Shown here: piece by piece, positions 1 through 11,400 of the stretch | Numbering within the stretch: the first letter of the stretch is position 1 | Layout of the letters: every line of letters begins with the position of its first letter | Assembly (NCBI GenBank): GCA_036172245.1 | Contig: JAYWIR010000027.1 | Coordinates: 1,488,001-1,552,000 of the forward strand | Source: Raillietiella orientalis | Taxonomy: Eukaryota | DNA: 64,000 bases | Direction: 5' to 3' | Program-made: the position numbers and the translations under genes | The notes under the pieces: generated by a model | Seen by the model: the letters and a program-made list of their open reading frames with translations, nothing else | Told to the model about the DNA's origin: nothing | The model's database searches: none

Positions 1-749
1 TCACATTGTTGCTTTCAAAGATGGCAAAGGTATGCATAAAAAACATGGATGAGAAACTAATGTCTCTTGCAGGCTCCTACCTTCTTCCCCAAATTCTAGA
101 TGTTGCTGGCCAGAAGGGTACTGGCCAGTGGACTGTTGAAGCAGCTTTGCAGTTTGGTGTTCCAGTCACACTAATAGCAGAAGCAGTATTTGCACGTTAT
201 TTGTCAGCAATGAAAGATGACAGAAGCAGGGCATCTGCCATCTTGAAAGGCCCTCCGCAAAATTCCTCAGTCAAAGATTTTTCTATAGAAGATATTGGTT
301 TGGCACTGTATGCTGCTAAGCTTACCAGTTATGCACAAGGTTTCATGCTGTTGCATCAGGCATCCGAGAGCCACAACTGGCAACTCAATTATGGAAATAT
401 TGCTCTTCTCTGGAGAGGTGGCTGTATAATTCGGAGTACTTTTTTGGACAACATCAAACAAGCCTATGAAAAACAACCCAACTTAAGCAATCTGCTATTA
501 GATGACTTCTTTCAGACAGAAATGGAAAGCTGTCAGTTGTCCTGGAGAAAAACAGTGTGCATGGCGATCTCTTGTGGTATCCCTGCACCTGCTTTAAGTA
601 GCGCATTATCTTTTTATGATGGACTTCGTACCCAATCCCTGCCAGCCAATTTGATTCAAGCATTGCGTGATTATTTTGGTTCACATACATATCAATTAAT
701 CACCGATCCAGGCCACTTTGTACACACCAACTGGTGTGCAGACAATTAA
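1..749 (+). CDS. PGD: 6-phosphogluconate dehydrogenase (decarboxylating), 3' part; exons <1-29 and 73-749, intron 30-72
   Basis: Spliced translation reads HIVAFKDGK/GSYLLPQILDVAGQKGTGQWT...WRGGCIIRS...LPANLIQALRDYFGSHTY, all hallmark 6PGD C-terminal motifs. The 43-nt GTATGC...TTGCAG intron restores the frame; the ORF-track N-terminus is intron read-through. Confidence 0.97.
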   Translation, partial: TLLLSKMAKVCIKNMDEKLMSLAGSYLLPQILDVAGQKGTGQWTVEAALQFGVPVTLIAEAVFARYLSAMKDDRSRASAILKGPPQNSSVKDFSIEDIGLALYAAKLTSYAQGFMLLHQASESHNWQLNYGNIALLWRGGCIIRSTFLDNIKQAYEKQPNLSNLLLDDFFQTEMESCQLSWRKTVCMAISCGIPAPALSSALSFYDGLRTQSLPANLIQALRDYFGSHTYQLITDPGHFVHTNWCADN

Positions 750-768
750 TTACTTTAGGTTCCTTCTG

Positions 769-774
769 AATAAA
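769..774 (+). promoter_or_regulatory. Polyadenylation signal of PGD
   Basis: AATAAA about 20 nt after the TAA stop. Confidence 0.6.
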
Positions 775-2559
775 TCAGTAACGAAATTGTGCATGCTTAC
801 TGTTAGAGTATTGAAATTTTTTAAGTGGCACTTCCATATAAAAGATAAGAGGAATGTGTTCAACACTGGAAATAAGTCTCCGTAAAGACAAACCTCTTTT
901 GTAAGACCCTTCCCCCCAAATGCAAAATGTCATGCTTGGATTAACAAAAAATTAAGGGAATAAATGATGGGTGGCAAATTTGTAAGTAACATGTAAAAGT
1001 GATTGTTTGATAATAGATTCTAGTAGAATTTGAAATGAATGCATCTTGATAACTGTGTTGCTGTTCATGCAAGAGAAACAGATGGCTTCATTGACCTAAT
1101 AATAGGTTTTCATGAAGGAAATCAGACTCCAGTTTGCAAACAGTGGAACTCAAGGAAAATTAAAATTTATGCATTTATTTCTAATCTTAAGCTCATCTTT
1201 AACTTGTATTTCTATCTGAGTAAGGAGTACATTTTCTATCTGAGTAAAGAGCAGTAGATCCAGATTGTATGATGGTGCCGTTTCATTTCATTGCTGTGGT
1301 ATTATTATCTGGATCACATGTGATTTTAGAAATTTACTTTCGGAGTAGATAAAATAACTGCATGATCAAGCTCTTGATGATCGAATGTGCCATGGTGCTC
1401 CCTCTAGTGTGGCTGGCAATGCATGCTACGCGTAGGCAAAGGAAAACCATCCCTGTGGAATTTTAGATAGCACACTGAGTTTCTTACAGAAAGTGCTCTG
1501 CTGGACTTCAGATTTTGGAAACTTGGAGTTGGCAAACAGTTTCGCAAATCCACAGTAGTCTCAGCAACACTGCCTTTTGCATACTCGCAGCCATTTCGGC
1601 AACCAAATGTATAAACGATGCGGGCGTGGGCACTGGTTAACCACTCTGGGGACCCAGGGATTCAGTAGTAATGTACGTTGAATTTCCATAACAAAAAGTC
1701 GTTCCCGTGTGCTCAATTGCACGCATAAACACATTTATCCCGTAATGCTTGCAGGCATAAGTGTTTTCTCAGCGTCTAGGCAATTCCTTAGCAGATGAAA
1801 TGGATCTCATTGATGAACACTGAAACCATCAATGCGAGGTCGCTGCCACTCTGAAAAAGTGCTCCTTCAAACCTCCAGATTTTTTTTTTTTTCCGGTCAT
1901 AATGGACAAATTACGACCGGCTCAACCAACAAATGCCCATCCACAATGGTGTGTGATGGAGCTATGAAATTTGTGCGGTGCTTTACGAACTCTGAAGATT
2001 TTGTGATGTGGGGGTCGGCAAAGTTTTGAAAGCACGTTTTGCTTTGTTTCGGCTACAAAGGAGGGAGAGAGAGAGAGAAAAGAAAAGAAAAAAAAATCAA
2101 AATAAGAGAGCTTTTTAAATGACATGCATCTCCTTATTCGTGAAAGCAACCGATTACATTCTGCCCTCGTACCTCATTTGGGAGAAAGTGTGGACGAGTC
2201 GTGAGTGACCTGCGACCCGAGAAGCTCTTTCTCGATCAGAGCTGACTGCCTCCACAAACCGAGTACTTCACGTTTAAAGGCAAACGATGGAAATTCGTGT
2301 CTTCGGCAAATTCCGGTTACGGAATGACTTCCGGCCATGGAGCAGCCCGACGCTGCTGAGGACGAAGCCTTCCGTATACACAGTTGCTGTGGAGTGAAGC
2401 CACGTGTGAGAGAAACGTGTACTCTGGTACTGGTCTGCCCAAGTTTCTTCTGGATCTCCAACACACGTCACTTCAGTATAAATTTTGCCGTCCCGAAATG
2501 TCGGCCACCGATGGTGGGAAGAGATATGTGTGACAGGCTGGAAGCTGAATTCTGCTTGA

Positions 2560-4130
2560 AGTCGTGGGTTTCTCTCCGTGGGGGCGAACGGGAAACCTTC
2601 TTCCTTACTTTGTGCAGTAAGTGTCTTTCACCTGTGGAAGATGATGGCATGGAGAGGCTTTTCATTTCGAAACACGAAATGAAAAGTCCGAAAGTCCGAA
2701 CACATCACTAGTAAGGCTCCGAACCGGGAAAGTGTGTTGTCTGAAACAGACTTTGGGATAGCGAGAAGCACTCAGACTGGAATGTCCTGGGTGCAATCAT
2801 CACATCAGCTGCTGAACGTCTCGAATCACAATCGGAAAGAGATGCCCTGGAGCAGCTGCCCAAGATGTTAACTCTGAACAGGGTTGTGTGAAAATGTGAG
2901 TGACCCCACAAAACGGTATGGGGACGAATTGATGAGCTGGTGACTCATTTGATAGACTCTGAATCGGAGAAATTCGTTTTCTTCGGCACTGGTTGAGACA
3001 ACTGATATCACAAATGCAGCTCAGCTGTTAGTTTCTGTTAGAGTAGTGGACAGAGAAACGGATTACTTAAGTAGTACTCAAGTAAATTACTTAAGAGTAC
3101 TTACATGAGTTTCCTTTCAAGCTTCTATCACAGGAGAAGAAAAAAAAAATCAAAATGAAGTCTGTATTTAATTAAATTGGACTGGACATCTGTAACACTT
3201 GTGGGTGTAACTACAGGGAAGGTCCGTCAATATCCATGAAAAACAATGGTGTTAAGGTGTTCCGGGAAGAGAAATTGACCTTAGGGTCTGAAGTTCGAAA
3301 AGGTCGATTGTTCTTTCACTGCTTCAGGAACGTTCTTCATGCTTAATACCATAGCATCAGTGCGGTAATGCTGGTGTTAACTAAGTACGTAAATGCCATC
3401 AAGAATGTTGGTCTTGGCTGTCTCCGATTTGAATACTTTCTATCTGAATCCGAGACACCATATTGTGTCTCTTCCGTAAAGATAAAATGCTTAGAGAAAC
3501 CCAAGAGAAGAGACAAAGTTGTTTATGCATCTGAAAGGCAATCCGTTCCCTCAATGGAAAACGACCTTTGGTTGTGTGAAGGAGCCTTTCTTGTAGACAT
3601 CACTACCCATCTATCAGGACTGAATCAAATTTTGGGGTTCCATGCCGTCGTCCACTTTAATAGCACGGCTGATCCCCTTCTCCCTCTAAAGAAGAGTGAA
3701 ACTGTGAGAAAACTAGTTTCTCAACAACGACTAAGCAAAAAGTGCAATCAATGAATTACTTAATGGAGAATATGCAATGGAGTGCCAAGAAGATGGAGAA
3801 TTTGAAAGCAGACTTTAGGAAATTGAGGTGAAACCGCGATCACTATCCACTCCGTCGTCGGTACAACCAGAGATTCTTTATTCGATTTTTTCAAGTTGAG
3901 CCCATCTATTTTAAAGATGGAAGCTTCATTTAGCTTTTAATCTTCTCCACTTCTACAGACTGAATTTTGTAAAACCTTTGTTCCTACAGAAAGAAATCCT
4001 GCAATCAAACAACATCCGTTTTAAAATGTGCATCCTGTTTGGGCTTGCGTGCTTTTTCTCAAAGGTAATCATTGCGAGCTGAACAAATAGCTCGATGGCA
4101 ATCCCTTCGGACAATTCCGGACTGCTTTGG
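2560..4130 (+). mobile_element. Decayed hAT transposase (SPIN/Buster/GTF2IRD2-like)
   Basis: Colinear motifs across frameshifts: BED-finger-like LCSKCLS...ISKH (~2600); SALVETTDITNAAQLLVSVRVVD (~2985; cf. SLALDESTDITDTAQL.IFIRGVD); LVGVTT (~3200); FHC (~3315); YVNAIK..GL...F..FL.E....Y and LWLCEGAFLVDITTHLSGLN (3368-3630). Contains stops and frameshifts. Confidence 0.85.
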
Positions 4131-4479
4131 TTTCCCTACCCCGCCTCCATACCATAAAAGCAAGTTGGTACAAGAGAAACAGCTAGGGCACCAAGTTGCA
4201 TTTCGAATCGGCCATAATGCCGGATTAGAAACTAGAAGAGACGTACATTTTTCATCGTTCCGGCTTGGTTAGCATTTCTCTGGCTTATACATTACAGGGA
4301 AGGATAATTAAGCTATGAACTTATCTAATAAATTTGAATCACTGCTTCCTTGTTTCATTAACCATCTTTGCAACCATGTAAAGGTGGATTCCATCTAAAT
4401 GCAGATAATTTTCCCCAATCCCACAGTGGGTGGGGTAAATTTATTTCTCATTCATGCTACAAGAACTCATCCACTCAAA

Positions 4480-5110
4480 ACACGTGTAAAAACCACGGAA
4501 ACCACTTTGAAGTCAGCTTCTTGGGGTCGTTGCACTAAGGTTCTGCACTTAGGGAGAACTGGGCGGTGGGTGTGTCTGAGCAGTACCATCCATCCCTTTC
4601 AGGATGTATCGGTACGTCCAGTCCGGCACTCGTCCACAGTTCCGGATACCGGACAACCCCTTTCAGGATTTCCATAGGAGATACGGCTGCACCAACGGTC
4701 TTTATCTTCCACCATCGTATGTGAATGGCGGTGATGAACAGGGCGATGGTCGTCCTTATCATGGGATTGTAACAGGTGGCGTTTCCGCTTCCCTGGAACA
4801 TCCCGGCTAAGACTTCCATCTTCGAGATGTTCGGCAGTTCTATTACAGGGTTTGCCAGCCTTGGTGCATTGTGGGACAGGTCAAGACATGACGTCTCGTG
4901 TCCAGTCACCACATGCTCTGCAGTCCTCTTCTTCTTCCAGTGAAGTGTTTCATTCTGGACCCGCTTAGGATTCCTCCGTGATAAAACATCAGGAGGTTAT
5001 CCTGGGAGTCCGGGGGTAGGTCACTCCTCCAGAGCGTCGTTCCGATCGGTAACAGGTTGGCTGTGGCGCTACCGTAGCGAGTCGCAGCTTCCTGGAGGGC
5101 ACTGGTGTCC
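4480..5110 (-). mobile_element. Ty3/gypsy gag-protease relic
   Basis: Minus strand gives a degenerate double Zn-knuckle (DCRACGDW...PQCTKAG, ~4860-4930) followed by an aspartic-protease-like KTVGAAVS (cf. DTGAAVS, ~4690). Confidence 0.4.
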
Positions 5111-5579
5111 TTGTCACCTTCAGGTATAGATTTTCAGGTCTAGATATAAATAATGCATTCAATTCTGCACTGAGGGGAACTCATTGCGAAATCAAATTTG
5201 ATAAATCTGAAAATTTGATCGAATTTAAGAACGACTGGTTGCTATGGTATCATTCAAAACACTTATCTCTTTGCTTCCTCCTTCTTATCTTTTTGTTCCA
5301 TGCTTCATGGTTATCACTACTGTTAATAAGGAAAAATTATTTTTCTCTTCTTTCATTTCTTCAATCTCTCTCCTATTTTCATTTCTGCCATCTTGGGTAG
5401 GAAAACTAAACCATAGTTGAAATGAAACCACACATAGCTGGTCCGGCGTAATTAGAAGGCATTCATACGAAACAGAAGAAAACTAATGAAAAAAAAAAAA
5501 AAACGGAACCGTAAGTCAACGTTGCTTGGATACAAAATTGTGACCCCCAGCACACTTCTGAAACAGACACGAGGACTGC

Positions 5580-6460
5580 TCCTACCTCTGCCAGAGGCGT
5601 TCCCCAATTATGCAAAGGCCTATCAAGTAATGCGAAATTCTTTTCCACCTCTGCTACTCCAAGACCACCGCATCAGAAGGATCAAAATGATTATAATGAA
5701 GGTCGACAGCACAAAAAAAAAAAGAGGAATGCTACAGGGAATGCGTCATAATGATTTGCAAGATTCGCGAGGCTGCATAGGCCGGCGGTTCCGCCAGACT
5801 TCAGTGGGAGAAGCAGCACCGATCCACCTCGATACCATCTGCAGGTGAGGGCTTGCAAGATGATTCACAACTTGGGGCCGGCTGAAAACCTGCCGTGCCC
5901 ATTACGCGGAGCCTCACTTGGCTCGCTCTTCGAGATGCTTTCGTTTCTGGGCACATTTGAAACATTCCGTAAATCTTCACGATTTCAGTGACGTTAAGCG
6001 GAAGAGGAAAAAAAGGGGGGGAGGGAAACACAGGAAACTGAGGTTTTCTGTTTCATGTGAGATGGCACCACCAATGCCAAATCGGTCGTCACTGACAGCT
6101 TCTGCTGTCAGTAAGATGGGGTTTCTGTCCCCGACGTTTTCTTTGCTCGTGAGCGTGGGATGGTCGCGTTGAGTTCCGCACCACTCACCACGAACATGTT
6201 GCAGCAGATCTAAAATGGCGATCCACTGAGTCACTTCAATCTTAAGGGAATCAGAGGAATGAAGTTGATACTTGGAGAGGAAGGTCAAGTTTCCACTGAA
6301 TGTTTTTTTTTTTCTTTTTGTTTTTCAAAAAAAAAAAAGGAAACGCGTGACTGAGATGGAGGCACGAAGACTGAAATGCAGCATCCACACGATGATCCAC
6401 TTGTAGACGTCGAATGATTTGACTTGGTTTCGTTTCTCGCGACACGGCCCTGCTTATTTA
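5580..6460 (-). other. Possible short-exon gene or pseudogene fragment, product unknown
   Basis: Several exon-like blocks bounded by GTGAGT/GTGAGG donors and TTCAG/CTGCAG/CTGACAG acceptors, e.g. ~6296-6188 GNLTFLSKYQLHSSDSLKIEVTQWIAILDLLQHVR. No family recognised. Confidence 0.25.
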
Positions 6461-6564
6461 AAGATAGCCGAAAACCACTGACTGCCGCCGAAGAGACGCC
6501 TTCCGCAACCAACGAATACGTAAAACTGGTCACCGGGTTCCAGCTGTCTCGAGCCTTCCTTTTC

Positions 6565-7135
6565 GCTCCTTTTTTTTTTTTTTGCCCAAGGGAGCCTCTT
6601 CCTTATTCTCTCCGAAGGGACCTCCCGTTTGAAGGAGTTTCTCCTCGTTTTTCCTCTGAAAAGAACCCGGAAAGAATCCGCTCCTGGGGTTTCTTCTCTG
6701 CAGGGACCCCTGGAAAGGGAACCGTCCCCCGTTTCCTCCTCTGAAGACATGAACCCCGAACGGACGCCTCCCCATTTCTCCAAAGGGCGCTCCCCGAAGG
6801 GGGCAGCGCGCCTCTCGACACTCTGGAGAGGATCGATCCACCAGTTCCGTGGCAACGAGATGGACGGCTCCATTTGCAGAACAAAAGGGGGGGGATCTGT
6901 AAGGGCTCCTTGATTCCCGGAAGGACCCCGGAGGGTCATCAACTTCCAATCCCGGCCACGCAACGGGTGGGTCCGGTTTGCGTCTCCCAGCGGTGCCTCA
7001 GCCGAAGAGCGTCATCTTGCGAGGGGACTCGAAACCCATCTGTCGGCGTCGGTCCTTCTCCCCCGGGCGGGATTCGAACCTGCTACGCGCGGTGCCGCGC
7101 GCGGAGAGCGCAGCCTCACGGCCGCTAGCGCGAGC
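6565..7135 (-). mobile_element. tRNA-derived SINE, copy A (internally deleted before the A-tail)
   Basis: Minus strand shows a box-A-like TAGCGGCCGTGAGG, box B GGTTCGAATCC, a body near-identical to 13240-13768, and an A13 tail at ~6570-6582. Confidence 0.8.
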
Positions 7136-7224
7136 AGTTGCGGTGAAGGCACGGTGAAGAGGCAGCCTCTGCCCCCGCTCTTGTACTACTTCGGCCCAGC
7201 TTCACAATCTCCATCGTTCGGTTC

Positions 7225-10200
7225 TCACCCAGGTGCGCCGGGGAGCTTATTTCAGTAAAAAATAAACATCATGTGAGAACTATGGTTGGACCGCAATTTA
7301 ACGAGAGCCTGCCGGGTCACCGGTACGCATGCCGGTCGCATCCACCACTGCAGCAGAGGGGAGGAGGAAAAACAAAAAGAAAATGAAGAAACAAAAAATA
7401 AACGAATAAATTGGGGGGTGCAGGAAGGAATTACGTTCTGCTGGTGGCAAGTCCTTTGCATTCTCTTCAGGATGCCGGCAGGCTCTTCCTGTATTAAGAT
7501 GTCCAGATGGGACCGCCGCGCTGCCATTCTGATGAACCAGACGGCGAAATGGATGGCATCCCTGTCGCCATGTCCTCTTTCAGCGTCGCTCCAGGTGGTA
7601 ACGATCCTGCGTAGGCAGCAGAGAGCTGCAAGCGAGACTGCCGGACGAAGTGCGTCGCTGATGAAGAGGGGTTTGAGAACGTCCCTGGAGTTGCTGAAGA
7701 GGGTTCCTAAGGTCGCGGAGAAGCGTTCCCAGAGGAACCGGAGGGCAACACAATCCACAAGCAGGTGCGGGAGAGATTCAGGCTTCCCACACTTGCCACA
7801 GTTCGGGTCCACACACCCGCCTTCAGTGATGACGGCGGGCGTTGCACGGGAGAGTCCAGTGCAGCAGCAACAGCGCCGACTCCTTCCCCTTCAAGGGGAG
7901 GGTGCGGGTGTCCATAAGCACCAGGGGCCACTTCAGATGTTCCAACGGAATATCCAGTAGCTCGCCTCAGAGCGAGAGTCCACGGGGTGATGTACTCGGG
8001 GTCGCAGCTTCGGTAAGTTGGCCCGTCTTCCACTCGCCCAGTCCTTTCTCCCTACCGGACATGGTCACTGAAACCCCCCATTTAGCCGCGATGCTGCTGT
8101 CCGCATGTTCCCTGAGGGAAGGCAGCGCTGCAGCGAGGGAGGTTCTTCCTGCCCACGCGTTTTTTCCGGGATCCTCCAGGATCTCTTGGAGCGTGCAACG
8201 GATGTTGCGCATGTACAGGAATCATCGCACCTGTTCCGTGCGTTACTTTTGTCTCCACGCCCACGTGCGGACTGCCCACGTAGGCACTACCATCGTTCGC
8301 GGAGCGGCAGGAGATCCATCCCGTGTTCTTTCTCGTCAGCGTGGCCACTCTCTGAGGCTTCAATCCGCGGTGCGGCGATAGAGCGCAAGGAAGAGGACGA
8401 GTCCCGAGCTGCCAATGGCCTGCTCGACGAGGAGGTGAGCAGAGTCGCACCAGGTTGTGCTCTAAAACTTCGCCACGAGGGCACGAATCCGGAAATAGAG
8501 CTGAACCTCCCGCCTCTCCAGCGTCAGTAGGCCGCGACCGCCGTCTCGACGCGGAGCGCACAAGTCCTTCAGGCGGACTCGGGGCCTCCCTTTGCCCCAA
8601 AGGGAGATTCTTAGGAGGTCCTTCGTTCACTTCTTAATCCTTTCAGGTGGGGAGCAACAAAAAGCAGGGAGAGGAGGAGGGAGGCCAACAACGTGTTTCA
8701 CATAGCGGTCCGTTCCGACAAGAGAAACTTGCCTCCTTGGAACGGGTCGATCGCCGAATCTACCTTCTGCAGGCGGCTGGACCACGCCTCCTCCTAGAGA
8801 TAATACCCCAACGGAACACTGAGGTACTTAAAGGACCGAAACGTGGGGATCCCCAAGCGGATCCAGTCCAGACGCTCCTGCCCACGCCGCACCGACTGGC
8901 ATCACGGACGACTTTGCCCTGTTCACCTTTAGCCCTTAGGAGCCTCACTTAGGAGGTCGAAGAACTTCTCGACAGCAGAAGCCGGGGTGGACATAGCAGA
9001 AGCAGAAGCACAGAAGGTCGTCTGCGTATGCTGACACCGCAGGCTTATCAGGACAGTCGTGCGGCGGGTGCGCCAGAGTCTCCCGGTATGCTCTCAGCAC
9101 CAATTCGAAATAGGAGCTGAAGAGCAGGGGCCCAGGCTGTTGTCCTGCAGCATCCCGTGCCATACCGACACTCCGTACACGGTGCGTTCGCTGAAAGAGA
9201 CGTTGATTAGCGCATCGCGCCAGCTGGAGCGCAGGTAGGCCAGTAATGCGGCCGGGAAGCCCAAGCGTTCCAGGAGCTCCAGAAGAAGCTCCTGGTCGAC
9301 GCAGTCGAATGCCCTGTGCAAATCGGCTGCGACCGCCCGACCATCCCGCCCCTTGCCGACGGACGTTCCGTAATTCCGGCTGCCCATCCTGCCGTTTCTT
9401 GTAGGAGCGCGCGAACCAGGTGCTAGCGTGGAACAGGTTGGCGTCGATGCTTCGCCCGGGATCAGCGTAAGACTGCTCCGGGCTGATGAAGCTGTCCGCT
9501 ACCCGTCCTAGACGCACCATCGTTCGACGACAGGTGGAAACCGCTTCGGGCAGCTTTCTACAGAGTCGGCGCCGCCTCTTTCCCGGTTCCTCAGTCCACC
9601 GAGCCCACCCTAGCGGCGACGTGCCGACCGTGCTGACTCCGAAGTTCTGGCTGTTTCTTCACCCGGCAATCACTCGAATGCATCTGGATCGGCGTCCAAG
9701 ATTTTCAGGGGTTCCAGGAAAAACCCAGAGGAAGGCCGGGGCTGTGGCTTCTTGAGCGCCGGAAGCGAGCTGTTCCGTTCTCGGGAAGCGCGAAGACGGA
9801 CTCGAGGTTTCGCCCTGCGTTCGCGTCCGGTCTGGCAGCGGGACTCTCGGACGACACGCTGCCCTCCGGGGTTCCGCAGCAGGCGGACCTCTGAGGCACG
9901 GCAGCATCCTGACGATGGCGTCAAGCGAGGAGATGCAGAAGGAGAAAACGGAAGATGTTCCGGTTCGCAGAGATGACCGGCTTGCCCGGCTTGAGGAACT
10001 TCACGGTTTGGTGGTCGCGCTCCGTGGCAAATCGGAACCCGTCTCCGGGAGAGACTCTCCACTCCTTACCCGGTGGCCATTCACAGGGGAAGGAGATCAG
10101 GGAAGGAACGATACTCTGATTCCAAGCTCGCATTCCCCAGGAGATGCTCAAGCGCTGACCACCTTCCGCGGTGTTGCTTCTTGCCGAAGACTCGGAACGT

Positions 10201-11400
10201 TCCAGGTGTTTTCGCGAGGCCACGGTGTCAGCTGACAGGAGGATTCCCCGCTGCCTGTCCTCACCGCTGCTTCTTCCGGAGCGTTGTGCCCGTGCGCAGA
10301 TAGTCCTGCTCTCGAGCCGACGCCCGAAGGTTGCGGTCTCTCTCTCTCTCCTTTGGCACTCCTTTTGCCTCTCCTGCTCCTCAGGTGTCTCCTCGGCATC
10401 TCTGCGTTCTCATTTCCCACACTGCCGCTCAGTGTCCCATCGCCGCAGAGCTTGCGCATCAGAAAAAGATGCACACGAAAGTTAAAAAAAGAATTCCTCC
10501 GGACGTGGGCCGTCTTCGCTTTCTCTGGTGCGCCAGCCATTGACGTTCTCGGCTGCCCGTTCCGTGACGTCACACTCCCCCCCCCCTGCTCCGACGCGGA
10601 CTGAAATCCCGCGTGCCGAAATGCCGAAAGATTGTAAAAAATGGAATATATATGCTTGTTATGTATACAGATTAAAAAAACAAATTCATTTTTGCGTAGA
10701 TATTTATTAATTTAACTGATTTTAACATATGTATATTTATTTTTCGTAATCTTTAATACATGCATTAATAATCCAATATTCATTATGGTTATGAAACATA
10801 AATATATATATATATATTATATATTAATATGACACATTAAATGAGTATACAAATATCGAATTATGAAAAATAAAATATAACAGTGGCAGTTAAAAATAGC
10901 AAGGAAAAATAAATATGCATTTACAGTCATTTTCATAATCCTCAAGATATGTATATTAATACGTATTATTAATATAATTGATACTATGCGTGTTAATAAA
11001 TATCCATAAATATTTGTGCTAAGATAAGTTTGCAAATTAATCCATATGCAAGTGCACGTAATAAACATATGTGTTTCTTTCTTGTGATCTTTCGAGATTT
11101 CGGCGTTCGGGATTTCCAACCAGACTCCTCCTGCTCACCCTTGAAGGGGTCCTGGGATGGGCATCACAGGAGCGCTGAGAGTCGAGCACTTCCCCAAGGA
11201 GCGTTCCTGCTCGGCCGGAAGAGCCGATTCCAGCAGCGGTGGGGAAAAAAACATCCTCGCGCCTGGGAACACTGCACGGGAGGCGCGCGCCTCCCCCGCA
11301 ACAACGGCAAAGCGCCCTGGCTCGCGCGCACGCGGAGCCCAAGGCACCCCGGAAGCTTTTGCTTCTCCAGAAGGGTTTGCCCTTATGAGTCAGTATCTTA
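7225..11400 (-). mobile_element. Decayed L1/Tx1-like LINE, copy a (APE-RT-CCHC), interrupted by a MITE at its 5' end
   Basis: ENVNG (~10545) and DHQTV (~10015) endonuclease motifs; SPEQSYADPGRSIDANL, DLHRAFDCVD, GQQPGPLLF and AYADDL (~9015-9030) RT motifs; CGKCGKPESLPHLLVDC zinc knuckle (~7750-7810); T-rich 3'UTR. Multiple frameshifts. Confidence 0.9.
10592..11127. mobile_element. Mutator (MULE)-type MITE with ~110 bp imperfect TIRs and AT-rich core
   Basis: Left end GAAATCCCGcgtGCCGAAATgcCGAAAGAT matches the reverse complement of the right end GAAATCCCGaacGCCGAAATctCGAAAGAT, with similarity continuing ~110 bp. Flanked by CCCCTGCTC (10583-10591) and CTCCTGCTC (11128-11136), a candidate 9-bp TSD. 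Confidence 0.8.

Noticed and set aside
1209..1253. 24-bp tandem duplication (TTTCTATCTGAGTAA x2)
   Set aside because: Ordinary local slippage duplication with no further structure.
1400..2050. Possible Ulp1-like protease relic (GHWLTT)
   Set aside because: Only a single short motif; the catalytic Asp and Cys context is not convincingly present.
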